The notes beneath the pieces are model-generated. The model did not search any database. It was not told the DNA's origin and saw only the letters and a program-made list of their open reading frames with translations. A stretch of 64,000 bases of DNA from Podarcis pityusensis (Eukaryota). Within the stretch, counting starts at the first letter, position 1. Each line of letters opens with the position of its first letter. Position numbers and translations under genes: made by a program. The stretch lies in NCBI GenBank assembly GCA_964106645.2, contig OZ067043.1; one strand, 5' to 3'. This document shows, one piece after another, positions 37,800-51,000 of this stretch.

Positions 37800-38760
37800 A
37801 AGCTGATGTAATTGACTAATTTCTTATCCTGACCAAATTCTGTTTCCAAGACAGATTTTAAAAGCATTTTGTTTTCATGTCATATGGAACAATTAAAGCC
37901 TTCCTACCACACTCGTACAGTGTATATCACCCAATGACATGATCCTAGATGGGAGACTCCCCCCCCCCGTCCAACTTTCCCCTAAATGAGTGTATACAGT
38001 TGGAATTTCAACCAGCTCTGTACATTCCTGACACTGATGATATATGGCCCTTGCAGTCTTGATAGTGGAAGGATGGCTTATCCCCAGACCTAATCCTCCT
38101 CTGATAATCGGGACGTCCAAATGGTTCTTTCCTTGAAGGTCTGAATTTATCCATCCAGTCTTCTGTCTGCCTGTCCAATCTGATAGAATGTGCACTGAGA
38201 GAGCTAATTGCTGAGAGAATTTGCTGCTTGCCTGCATGACTGATCAAGAGCACAGCAAGTTCATTTCAGACAGTCTCAGACAGATTTTGCTTCATCCTCT
38301 GCCTTTAGGGGGAGAAGATTATGATGTCTTATCATTATCTAAGAGTTAGGTGTCTCTTCAATTGCCTCAGAACTGCTGTATCCTTAAGGAGTTTAATATG
38401 TCTGTACCATCTTTTTGTGTTGTCCTGACTAGCTCTGTGTGTTGTCAAGAAAATTAGCGCTTCGTGTTATCCATAATTCTATCTTCCTTTCTGGTCATGC
38501 TTTCCTTCAGATTTCATTATTTGTATTGATGCAACTTCCAGCTGACAAGGAGCTGGGGAGAATGGTGTGCCAGCAGTGTTAGATACAGGCACAGCTTCTT
38601 TAGATTAAGGAAGAGTCAAGTTCTGGAATATATTGTGTCTATGGTTTTCAATTTAAGCGATAACAGGCTTGCTTGACTGCTTGGTTTATTTGTGTGTGTG
38701 TGTGCATTCCCACCTCTGCTATCTGAGTTTCCAGGGAATGTATGTTCAATCTTATAGTTA
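37800..38760 (-). pseudogene. Candidate endogenous bornavirus-like nucleoprotein element (EBLN), decayed
   Basis: Multi-frame minus-strand translation gives collinear blocks resembling Borna disease virus N. Needs several frameshifts; aligned by eye from memory. See findings. Confidence 0.45.
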
Positions 38761-38929
38761 AGCATGAATCTGAAATAACAAATGCTTGTTTTAGATGTGC
38801 ATTTTTCTTGGTCAAAACTAAAGTTTCAAGATGCGTGGTCCTGTGCATATCTACTCAGAAATAAATCTCATTAATTCAAATGGATCTTTCTTCTGGAATT
38901 CCAAAACTTCTTTTATCAAACCTTAGTTG

Positions 38930-40370
38930 CCTTATAAAATTTGTATAGCACTTTTCACCAGACACACTCAAAGTGTTTTCCAACAGTACTGAAAGCTACA
39001 GTTATTAAAATGAAATACAATTAAAGCAAAGCAAATATTACAACAATAGAGGGTTGTAAAATTCCAAAGATTTGGGAGAGGTGCAAATTTGAACTGTACA
39101 GTGGAAAAGTATAAGTGATTATTCTGTCCATACCGTTGGGCAAGGTTTCAGAGTCAAGGTACAATCACAGAGAAGGCCCACAATACTCATAGGTGGGACT
39201 GCAAATAAGGCACTCTCAACTGATTTTGGAGCTCAAGCTGGTTAATATGGAGAGAGGCACTTCAAGTCATTCAGGGCTTTAACATACTAATAACACCTTA
39301 AATTGTAGGTAGCCGGTGAAGCTCCTGCAGAATAGGTGTAATAAGCCTAGGAGCACCTGTTAAAACTTTAGATGCAGCTGTATGTAGAGTGTATTACAGT
39401 AATCCAACTGGGAGATTACTAGAACATGTAAAACTAGCTGGGATATTTTGATCCAGGAATCTAGAAGAGGCAAAATACACATTTTCCCAGCACAAGGACC
39501 ACCCACCAACAGTGTTTTCACTAAGTCAGGATTCAGTTTATTGGCCTTCATCCAGCTAATTACTACCCTCAGGCACTGGTTCAGCACAAACAGGGCTATA
39601 TCTAGTTTAGACGGTTGTTGTTGTTTAGTCGTGTCCAACTCTTCGTGACCTCATGGACCAGAGCACGCCAGGCACTCCTGTCTTCCACTGCCTCCCGCAG
39701 TTTGGTCAGACTCATGTTTGTAGCTTCGAGAACACTGTCCAACCATCTAGTCCTCTGTTGTCCCCTTCTCCTTGTGCCCTCCATCTTTCCCAACATCAGG
39801 GTCTTTTCCAGGGAGTCTTCTCTTCTCATGAGGTGGCCAAAGTATTGGAGCCTCAGCTTCACAATCTGTCCTTCCTGTGAGCACTCAGGGCTGATTTCCT
39901 TCAGAATGGATGCGTTTGATCTTCTTGCAGTCCATGGGACTCTCAAGAGTCTCCTCCAGCACCATAATTCAAAAGCATCAATTCTTCGGCGATCAGTTTA
40001 GACGGTACTGATATACATTGCTGAATGTCATCTGCATGTTGATGACACTGAGTTCCAAACTCTCTGATGATGTGACCTAATGACTTCATATAGATATTTA
40101 AATAGCATTGGGAACAAAAATAAGGATTGCAGAACTTGGGGCTAAGCCAAACTCAGCTCTTTGGAAGCAGCCCTATAGGTAGGTCTGGGATCACTGTAAC
40201 ACTGTGATCCCAACCCACCAAGTTACTCCAGGAGTATAACATGGTTGATGGTATCAAAATCCACTAAGTGTTCAAGGAGAAGCAACAGGGTAACACTTCC
40301 ATTTCTCTCCTAAAGCAAGTTATCAGTCACAGCCGTCTCTGTGCCAAAACCAGACCTGGGACTCAGCTAC
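38930..40370 (-). mobile_element. Decayed L2-type LINE, interrupted by BovB
   Basis: Minus strand shows CHQHADDIQ (YADD motif) near 40010-40045, and WMKANKLNPD and LDYCNTLY in ORF 39360..39638. Confidence 0.8.
39616..39994 (-). mobile_element. BovB (RTE) LINE 3' fragment
   Basis: Uninterrupted RVPWTARRSN...LQYFGHLMRREDSLEKTLMLGK...AWRALVH peptide, (CAA)n tail, perfect 12-bp TSD AGTTTAGACGGT at 39604-39615 and 39995-40006. Confidence 0.95.
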
Positions 40371-40879
40371 ATTTGTAAAGATAAAGCACTTTATATGCAT
40401 TATAACACTGTGACACCAGATGGCAATGTGGAGTCCTGTCTTTCACCAATGGGATTCCCCTGTATGAAGTTTACAACAAGTTTAACTGAAACACTTTTTC
40501 GATGTGTCTAGATTCAGCCCTAGTGCTGAATTAAATGGGTCAAGATAATTGCTTTTCCTTTTAGTATGTCTGAAATTGCATGGCCACAAGTCTCTTGAAC
40601 ACCTTCCTCAGAAAGGGATGTTAGTGACTGAGTAGTGGTTTAGATCCTCATGATCTAGGCATGGTGATGTACCCCTTCCTTTCAATATGACAAGGAACAC
40701 TCTCTGCTACAAGGATGCATTTACCACACTTGAGATTACCTCAACCAGCTTTGACAGTTGGTACACCAACATGATCACTGTTCTGTTTCTCTGGTAGTAC
40801 AAACCCTCCAAACTGGCACCCAAGTGCACTTGCTTCTGGGGGGAAATGGGTGGCTTTTTTGGAAATGACAGCAACACAA

Positions 40880-40889
40880 CTCTCTCTCC

Positions 40890-40921
<32 letters not shown>

Positions 40922-40932
40922 CAGAGAGAGAG
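40880..40932. repeat. Compound (CT)n(GT)n(GA)n microsatellite
   Basis: Direct reading. Confidence 0.9.
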
Positions 40933-41880
40933 AAACAGGTTCTGCATGCCAAATTTGCAACTAAAATACTTTCAGCATACCATCTCCCCCTCCCCCCATA
41001 CGAAAGCAAATAGCTAAACAAGTGACTTAGAACTAGCTATTTTTCTGCAGTTTCCACTTATTTATCTTATGTGTCTGCATGGCATAATGTAGCAAGACAG
41101 GCAGATTTAACCCCCTGAGCTGGAGAGTTCACAATTAGTGATTGAGAGGCTAATATAGTCGAAGCTTGACCATTGTTGCAACTTTCCCCCTGCCTTATTT
41201 AAGAAATCTATCTCAACAGCAAACTAGTTACTGAAGACCATCAGGGGTCATGTCAGAGGTCAGATATTTGAGACCATTTTCCCACAATGGCTCTCTACAA
41301 GTGATCCCTTACTGTGTTAAAAAAAAAATTGTCAAAGAGGATTAAATGGGATTAGTAAGAATATTACCCTCCCAGAAGTAGCCCCAAGACACAAAATGAA
41401 GAACCTAGTGAAGCAGTAAATGCACTATATTTGACCAGGGCACAACCTTGGCTACATTCCTTCAAGAATCTGAATGGGAAAAGTTAAGTCCTCTAAACTG
41501 GATTAGTAAATAATCTCATGGTTTGTGGCATCTGCTGAAAAATCATTAAGTTCACTGCATTCTTACAGTTTGGGGGAGAACTGACAGTGTTATTGACTGC
41601 AGTGATCAAGGATGTGATTAGCTTTGGCCATTATTGTGTGGATCAGGCCAGTTCATAAGTGACTTCATCAAAGTCATTCATTTAATGTTCTCTAAACGTT
41701 CTCTGATTTGTTTTCATCAATGAAATTTTAAACCTGCAATTCTTAGTACTTTACTCTGAAAATATTTCTCTTTTTCAAAAAGAATTTCTAAAAGGGGGGG
41801 GGGAATACTCAAGTAATTATACACTAACAAGAGTATTTAAAGTAACTATTTGCATTTTGTGGAAGAGTATACCTGTAGAA

Positions 41881-42209
41881 CAGGAATGGTGAACCTGTGG
41901 CCCTACTGTTGAACCCAACTCACATAAGACCCTGCCAGCATGGCCAAGGATCATGGATGATGGGAGTATACTCCAATAGCAACTTGAGAGCCACACCTAT
42001 CCCTGTGGAATGCCCTGCCTTCAGGTGTCAAGGAGATAAAGAACTACATAACTTTTAGAAGACATCTGAAGGCAGCCTTGTATCGGGAAGTTTGTAATGT
42101 TTGATGTTTTACTGTGTTTTATACATGCTGTAAGCCGCCCAGAGTGGCTGGGGAAACCCAGCCAGACGGGCAGAGTATAAATAAAATTATTATCATCATC
42201 TCATCCCTG
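41881..42209. mobile_element. hAT MITE carrying a nested LINE (L2-type) 3' tail at about 42000-42200
   Basis: CAGGAATGG ... CATCCCTG ends with TSD CTGTAGAA/GTATAGAA; internal GTAAGCCGCCCAGAGTGGCTGGGGAAACCCAGCCAGA..TATAAATAAA(TTA)n tail. Confidence 0.7.
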
Positions 42210-43427
42210 GTATAGAATAGACTCAGTAGATTGCTTTGTGAATGGCACGTGAATACAGTTCTCTGTCTGGTTGAGGACACAAGTCAATTTGGTAAGGCTA
42301 ATAGCCTCCATCGCCTTTTGTTTTACTGGGAGACAAAGCAGTGAAGGCAGAGTACTGAACCAGAGCCATACCGTAACAATTGCCAGACTTATTTATTTAT
42401 TTTAAGAGGCCTATTAATGGAGTTTCTTGTGTGTCACTGTTTGGGACCTACCTATCAGTGTGAAACCCTAACAAAGACAAACTCCCTGGGCTCCTCAAAA
42501 TTTTGTTTTCAACAGGCCCTGCTGGCAGTTGAGCACATCACCCTTATTACTTCTGTAATTTACTGTTGTATCCTCTTCTACTTCTTGGGAGTCATTTCCT
42601 TATAAATCGTGTTGATTGTGATTATTTGTTTCTGCTGTCCTAATCTTGTTCTTGCACGTAAATGTGGAAGTTCATTGCTCTGTAAAAGGAACATGCACTA
42701 TTTCCCCCACTTTGGCATATTTAGCAGCACAAACTAAGTTGCATTTTTGAAGAAAGCAGTAAACAAAAACCACCCATGTTAGTAGTAGCATGTTGCTTTT
42801 CCAGATGCATTGTCTTCATCTAGATAGTGGGCCTTCTTCAATGGAGAAAAGAGTGCCTGTGATTGAAGGGGTTGGGAAGGGGGCTTTGGAGTACACATGG
42901 TGCTTTTAATGGCTTTTACTGGACCGCGGAGTTGCTTAATCCCTGGCTACCACTTCAGTTTTCATTATGATTTGTGTTCAGCCAGTGCTGTCTGTTGCTG
43001 AAGGGTGTCTTCTGTTTGATAAATTCTCCAAGAACTGGGGTTTAGTATTAGCACCTAATATAATGATTGCATCACGTGGACTGAAGATTTTCACTGATGT
43101 TCTGTCTAGAAAGGCAATTACATGTATGTTCCTGGAACCACTTTGCGTACTGCAATCTGAAGTCTGAATGTGTTTGTAAAATATGAACACTTATCTGATT
43201 TAGTCTTTCCCCATTGAGTGGTGTCTGTATATGCCTGTACATAAGGCGCTTCTCAAATTTGCATTTGCCAAATAATCCACATTTTGTTCCAGTCAGCAAC
43301 TTTTATCTCTAATGTAATATATGGATCAAGCTAAAAGTAATTTTGAAATATTTGAAAGTCTGTGTATACGAAAAACTAACCTCAATAGCCTGTGTAGCTT
43401 CACATCACTTTACACATTTTCTTCCAG

Positions 43428-43578
43428 TACTTGCTAGAAATGAAAAGCTTAATTTTGCCTCCGGAGCATATCCTGAAACGTGGAGACAGTGAAGCAGTGG
43501 CATATGCTTTCTTCCATCTCCAGCACTGGAAGCGAATTGAAGGGGCGCTTAATCTGTTGCACTGCACATGGGAAGGCA
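43428..43578 (+). CDS. ST7L: ST7L exon 12, [50 protein letters not shown]
   Basis: 151 nt, CAG/GTAAGT; follows a 10.6 kb intron. Confidence 0.97.
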
Positions 43579-44449
43579 GTAAGTATTCTTTGCTAGTGGC
43601 ATGAGCTAATATTTCTCTCTCTCTTTTTTGGATCATTATTTTTAAATGTGCAGCTGGAGCTGAACTGTGAGGCTGTCCTGACTCATTATTGAGGTTCCCT
43701 CTGCACTTTAGGTAGTTTTGGTATTAGTTCTTGTCCAGATTTCAGTCACATTGAAGGTGCAATTAAGATGACACAGGTGTTCAGCTTGTGCTCTCTTTCT
43801 GCTCCAAGGATCTAAAAATACATGCATGTAGGTGTTCTCTTCTGCAGTGTGAACACTAAAAGATCTATTGTGCATGCATATTTCTTTTCCTTGTCCACCC
43901 CACCCATTCCTTCCAAAAGCCAGTTCATGGAGTTACTTCAGTGTAACTGAACCAGAGTACTTCGGGGGTGGGGGGACAAAATAGCTGATATGTAGAAGAG
44001 CATGTGCTGCTAATATTCCATTCTTATGAAAGAAACCCCTGTTGCACCACTTTGCCAGTTTTCTAAGAAAGTTTTCTAAGCTAGATGGGGTGTTTCAAAC
44101 TAAAAATGTCAAGAAGTATCTTGGATCGTATTCATATTGTCTTAGAATCATAGAGTTGGAAGGGACTCTATGGATCATCTAGTCTTGTTCTTCGATGCCA
44201 ACAAGATGTATGCAACATGCCATGTGAATATTGAATTCCTATCCTATTTGATTTGTGAAAGAAGACTGGATGGCTTGGGAGGTGATTGTCAGTGAGTCTG
44301 AGGGTAGCTAGAATGGTGCTAATTTAATAAAAGGAATCTGATCACAAGTGGTATACAGAACACAGATATGACTTTGTTTCCAGGCGACTCTAATAAAGTG
44401 AATTTTGCATGGGTCTGATGTTGATGATTTTTTTTTTTTACCTCCTCAG

Positions 44450-44542
44450 CCTTTAGAATGATCCCATATCCATTAGAAAAGGGCCATCTATTTTATCCTT
44501 ATCCCAGCTGCACAGAGACAGCAGACAGAGAGTTATTACCAA
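44450..44542 (+). CDS. ST7L: ST7L exon 13, [31 protein letters not shown]
   Basis: 93 nt, CAG/GTAAGA. Confidence 0.97.
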
Positions 44543-47509
44543 GTAAGAAAATGTTCCATTTCTCACATTTTATTTTTTCCATCTACAGTTAATCACAAAA
44601 GTCTGTTCTCTTTCTGTGTGGCATTGTGCTCAACTGGAATACCTGTGTGTCTATACATGCATACAATAAATATTCCATACACTTGTACACTGAATGCAGT
44701 TAGCTTTTAAATAAATGAAGCAGCTATCCAACAATGTAAATTAGCCCCCTTTTGTATCTTATATTTGAAGTGGTGGTGGGATTGTGGTCCAACTCCTTCC
44801 CATTCTGCAAAGAAAATGTCAATACCTCACACTATGGGAGAGACCACCTCAGTATGACTTCTCCCCACAGCAGCATTGCCTCTGGTGGCCAGGAGGTGAG
44901 ACGCTGGTGTGGGGAAGAGCTGTGGCTTGTTCTCTTTTCCACATGATTTGGGGTTTCTAGTACAAGATCTTATGGCATTTGTATTTATTACACACACACA
45001 CATAAAATACCTTGCTGTATACAGGAATATATATATACAGATACAATAGAACATAAAATACCATAAAAATAGTACAAAATAATCATAAAGATTACTGGTA
45101 TGGAATGGAGTTGTGCTGTGGTGAGTTCTGTGCTGCGAAGATAACCTGAGGAGGGGAATTTTTCTAAAAGGAGTGGTGTTAAAATATCATTGTCCCCTTT
45201 TGTGTCTTTAGCCAGTCTCAGTGTTACTTGACAATACTGCCCCTCGGCTTTGTGGTTGTTGAGTTTCTTTCCCTACTTGTTTGACTGGAGCAGCATTCTC
45301 TGCACTCTAGGTTAGTTCTGTCGAAAGGGAAGAGCATTTTAAATGGCCTGTGTTCTCCTTCATGCACCCCAGGCCAGAATGACAATTTCTTTCAGGTGGG
45401 AAAATATTGAATGAGTGCTTCCCTTGTGGGAATGTCAATTTGATCAGCACTCTTGTGGACATTTCCACTGTGAAGAAAATGCTCAATATCTAGGTTTCAG
45501 AATGGTCACCGTGCAGTTTTAGACACCATCACATCAGCGAGAAGCTGCTGCACTCCTTCAGTAAGCAACCTGCACAGCTTGATTGAAGACCTACATTTGT
45601 GGGTGGTATAGAGGTCTTTATCTGAATTGTCTTGTATATTTATGTTGGTCAACTTGGAGACTGTACTATAAAAAGGCAAGATATAAATATTTAATAATTA
45701 GACTTGCATACATTTGCTTAACCTGCAGTTTCAGATAACACTTTGGAGCTTTAACTCAATGTTTTAAATAAAAAAAGGCTATTTTCTTTCTGGCTTCTAA
45801 AAGGCGATACTCAAATGAGGAGAGAAACTGGCCCAAGGTCAACTTGTTCAGCACAGACCCATGCTGGAAATGTGCCATACCTAAAGATTCCAGCTAGTAT
45901 GGCTGTTTTAAGCACATATATTGTCATGACACAAGCACATAGCTTGGCATGCTGTGTACTTTTGTCTTTTTCTGTATGTTGCGAGAGTTGCTCAGCTCTC
46001 AGATGTTTGGAGATAGATGTAAAGTAAAGTGAATTTTAAAGATAGGTGAACATGAAAGTTAGGCAATGAAAAACCTTGCTCAAAAATATGTTCTGTTAGA
46101 TAGGTAAAAATGAGTTACACTCACAGAGAAATTCCTGGTGTGCTAGGAAGGGTGCCATTCACTTAAATAACTGAATCCTGAAGTCAGATCAGGAATGTTT
46201 CATATGTTCAATATTTTCTGTAGGGAAAAAATATGTTAATGACATAGATTGTTCTATAAGAATATTACAGAATGGGGAGTGTAATAGATCCATGTGCAAT
46301 TGTTGCTTGTGGTGATCCCCCCCTTTTCAAAAATTATTTTTTCATGCATAAACACTTCCTACAAGAAATGTGCATGGTCTTCAAAGGATTCCTAAGATGT
46401 TTCAAGTCTGGTATGATAAACAATTGCAATTAAAAAACCTGAGTTTTGGAATATTTTGGTATAAAGCCCTAATAAAAGTGAGGTTGTTTTGGCCTTCTGA
46501 ATTTCAAACCCTTAGGATGCATGGCTGTCACAATTGATTTAACCAGAAAGTGGTCAACACTTAACCAGCCCTTATAAAATGGCAAACCTGCCTTACTCAT
46601 ACCAGACAGCCATAGAGCTTCCTAACCACTATAGAATCTATGCAAAAATAGAGGTTCTTTGCCACACTGGTAAATTCTAACCTTGAGTTAGGCTCTTGAT
46701 AGTAGCCCATGAACGATCCTTTGTAAAGTGATTTGAAAATATGCTTCTCAGTTGCTAAGTGCGAGAATTTTGGTGCCCCTTTATTTTATAATGAGGGTTT
46801 TGTTTCATTCTAGGTGCTGGTGAGATTCTGATAAGTGTTAACTTCTCCATCTTGGGAGAACTTTGTTTATAAAGTATATGGCATACTTATAACTAAAGCA
46901 GCCAAGGGGCACATCTGCCACAAGTGCACTTGCATATTTTTGCAATTCAATAAAAAAATTAAATCTTGAAAAGCTCTGTTTAAAAACTAATTAAAATCTG
47001 CCCCCAGACTGCTCTAAATTACTCATTTCTCACTCATGCAGGATATTGCTCAAGGAATGCCTCTGCTAGTGACGAACCCTAAGCCATCGGCTTCCCGGTA
47101 TAATTAAACTCCAGTGCATGAAGACATTTCAGCACAATCACTCACGCATTCCTGTTAAGTTTTTAAATACAAAACTATCCATAAATAAAATCATCTTAAC
47201 ACTTTTTATGCTGCTACTCTCCAGCAGGTTTCAAATTTTAAAAATTCTGTTGCTTTGGTCAATTCTTAAAAGGAAAGAACGTTTTACTCCATTGAGGCTT
47301 TCACTGATATATATCTTAACTGCAAAGGGTGTATTTTAAAATAATTCTTAATTTAATCAGTGTTGCAGATTCCTCCCCTCTATTTAAAGTTAGATCATAG
47401 TTCATCTCAGATAGGTCTTTCTTCTTTGCAAAATCACGACCTTTATCTAACCATCCCTAAAATACCTGGAATATCAAATAACTATTGCCATTTCCCCCCT
47501 TCCTTCCAG

Positions 47510-47649
47510 CATTTCATGATGTGTCTGTGTACCCGCAGAAGGAACTTCCTTTTTTCATCCACTTTACTGCAGGGCTGTGCTCTTTCACAGCAATGCTAGC
47601 GCTCCTCACACACCAGTTCCCGGAACTTATGGTCATTTTTGCTAAAGCT
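47510..47649 (+). CDS. ST7L: ST7L exon 14, [47 protein letters not shown]
   Basis: 140 nt, CAG/GTAAGT; C-terminal hydrophobic segment. Confidence 0.97.
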
Positions 47650-47970
47650 GTAAGTATTGACTCAACTTACTTAATGTATTTATATGACATGCAGAAACCA
47701 CCTCTGGAACACTGTTAACTAATTCAGAACAATGGGCATCTAAAAACCTGATTCAGCATAGCTCAGTGTTCCTCTTTTTTTAAGAGGGGATTTTTCAGAG
47801 GTGATACATGACGATCTTGGTTTTCTTTCGGCAGCTGGACTGTATCTCATTATGGGGAAACATCTGATGTACCACAATTTCCAGTTCTAAAGCAGGACAT
47901 GGGGGCTCTTAAGCCATTTCAAACCACATGCACTTTTTCTTTGACTGTAAGGATTTGCTAATAATTACAG

Positions 47971-48097
47971 TGGGGTTGCCATACTTCCAGAGTACTGTTT
48001 TTTGCCCCAAATCTCAACTACTTTGGGCAAAACATCTTTGCCCAAAAAAAGCTCAACAACTTTCCAGATTTTCACTGTTTGAAATATGGCAACCCTA
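47971..48097. mobile_element. hAT MITE (TAGGGTTGCCA-type TIR)
   Basis: TGGGGTTGCCATA / TATGGCAACCCTA; TSD AATTACAG/ATTTACAG. Confidence 0.82.
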
Positions 48098-51000
48098 ATT
48101 TACAGTGTTTGAATTATTAGCATGAAAATATTGAGACTATCTTCCAGTATCCTGTTACATATGAAGTACATATACAAATAATAAATAAACGGTTGCATTC
48201 TTTCTTGCTGTACCCTGGGAGCCAATTGGGAGCTAGTGGCTGACCAAAGAAAACTTCTTTTATATGGTCTAAATGGAAGCATTGCTTGTCTATTTACCCT
48301 AATACTGTTTAGTTTCCATTCCATGTATGGCAAATATGGCAAGTTAAGTCTCTGGAGCATAAAAGGATTTTATTTTATTTTACGCTTTTAAAACACTACG
48401 TTTCTGTAAGCTTTTTTGATTATATAGATAGCTTACTCTGGCAGGAAGGCGGTCAATTTTCACTATGTGATTTTCTTTTTGTGTTGATAGCACAAGGCAA
48501 ACACATTTATCAAAGGGATAAGTGGACTTTATAACAACAAGAAGTACAAGTAGCATTGTTCAAACTGCAGAATAAAATTATATGGTAAAATAAAAATAAT
48601 TTGAGACATGTCACATGGGAGAGGCAGAATGGGACCCATAACAAATACAACTTCAATAGCAAATGCCCTCATTGACAAGAATTCCTAAAGAGGGTTGTAA
48701 AGGTAAAGAAAGCACTATCTTTGGCCAGTTTTCAGTGGTTATATCAGAAGATCAGGACGATTGGCTAACATTTTGTAGAGATAGAGTTCAATATTCAACA
48801 TATTTTCTTGATAGTCAGTAATCATTCTAATATGTTTAGAAGCTTGAGTCATGAGGGCTTTAGTTACCTAAACTGGTATTCTGAAAAGGGATCAGGTAGA
48901 CGTTTGAATGAACTCTTCTTCAAGCTGACTGCTTTGATTAATAGCCTGAATTATGCAAATGTTATTTATTTACTTACTGGCTATTTCTTGTCCATCATTC
49001 ATCCCAAAGGCTTCCAGGGCAGGATACTAGCTTAAAACGCATACACTTAGATACAGTGTCACAAAATGTTGTATAGACTTGGTTCAAATACATTAAAACA
49101 ACAGGAACAACTAAAACCATTATTAAGACCACAAAGCAGACTAACTACTACTCCGCTCAACCCCTTAAAATTGCATGAGCAAACAAACATATCCATCCTT
49201 GGCACTGAAACAACTAACACATCAGCACAAAGCATACTTCTAAGGCCAGAGAAGGATAGGAAGATGCTTCCAGGATCCTAATGAATACTGTTCAGTAAAT
49301 ATACCATGCATTCCATATTCACAGGGCACCAGCATTGTCTGGTAGATCTTCAATTTACCCTCCTTTTTGAAGCAAGCATCCAACTCTTTTCAGATTTGTT
49401 TTGAAGGTCCATTTAACCACACATGTAAACAGATGATGTCACATGTACCATCTGCTGAACTATCGTTTCTTTTCTTTTCGGATGTACTACACGCCTGTTA
49501 AGAGTCTTCCACTTCGTCACTATTTTATTTTACTTGCTTACTTTGAGTATTTATACCATCTATTCTAAACATCGTGAAGATGCTTGTAATATATTTAAAT
49601 AGGCAAGAGTTACAAGGGAGGTGTAGGATGTGTATACAGGTTTTTCCCAGTCCTCAGGTATTTCAGTTGCTACTGTCCTTCTGGATCCCCAGCTCACAGC
49701 ATATCTCAGATGACCTTGGCCAGGAAACAGTTGTCAGAGCAGCCTGATGTTAGTCCAGGGGCAGCCAGTGTGGTGCCCTCCAGATTTTGTTGGGAGTCTT
49801 CCATCAGCCCCAGACAACATGGCCAGTGGGCAGGGATGATGTGAGCTGCTGTTCAACAACACCTGGGGGTACCATGAGGTGGAGTTTCTTCACCCAGCAG
49901 CTGTTTCAGATGTCTCTTGTAGCTTCTATGGTTAAGGTAGTGCAGATCTAGGCTGAAAGTGGTCTTAATTATTGACTTTTAAGAAATCGGGTCATGAGGA
50001 CAACATGACCCCCAATCCCCCTTTTGTATTGTGTGTATTACCCAAAACAAAATGCTGATCTATGTAGTTTGATCTACTGTGGTATTAGAAGATAGCAGCA
50101 ACAACCTCTCTGTAAAATACCAAATTGCCCTCAATTTTAGCTCCTGTGAAACGTTGTTTAGTACTGTGATTCGGAGTACCTACCCTTGAACTTTTGAACC
50201 GGGCATACAGCAGATCATTGATTTTGCTATTGTATAGCCTTGGATGGAGAGTGTTTGCTGAATATGTGTATTACAACAAGTGGAGATCAGAAATAGAGCA
50301 TAGTTACTAATTTTTTAATGTCAAAGTTGCATGAAATCCATATTCTAGTTTCTTTTCATTAAGCAGTGTTCAAAATATGTAGGTCTGATAACAGGGGCCT
50401 CATTTCTACCAAATTTAGTTACTCATTATGTGGGAAAATGTTGCTGGACATGCCAGTAACACTTTTGTGTGTGGTTCATAATTGGCTAACTTTTAAGGAA
50501 TGGAATATAACTATCTGCTTGATTAATTCAAGAACTGCGCTAGCAAAATTGTATGATTTCCAACAAGATACAAGGTCAAATGTTACACTAACAAAGAATA
50601 GCTCAGTGAAGTTCTATGCTGGATTTCTTTATTGTTGCTTCCTAATTTACATATAGAACAATTGCAGTGTTAAACCTGAAAATAATTCTAGCATGCACAC
50701 ATATAAAACTTTCTTTTGAAATAATGCTTGATGGGAAGTACTGTATATAGTTTCAAATATGTCAAACAACATGGTCATTACTAGCTCTGTTCTTACGAGT
50801 TTCCTTAAATAGAGGGAGCTTGCACTGACTTGTGTATGCTTTTGGACTTTGTCATTTTGTCTGGATGAGTACCACTCCAGAACATCAAGAAAGACTTCTC
50901 CGGAAAAGTTGATCATCGGTGCTTGAATTATTGGGAAGAAGGAGAGGGTTCCCACTCCACCCTTCATTCATGCACTAACAGTAAGCCCATAAAGAAATAT

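Noticed and set aside
37893-38237. Reading this ORF as a mononegaviral L capping-domain fragment (YHQCQEC) or a LINE RT (GGLGL)
   Set aside because: No GxxT/HR motifs or RT motifs at the expected spacing upstream; the nucleoprotein reading explains more collinear blocks.
43060-43170. Possible intronic C/D snoRNA (ATGATT...CTGA)
   Set aside because: The C box is imperfect, there is no terminal stem and no recognisable rRNA guide.
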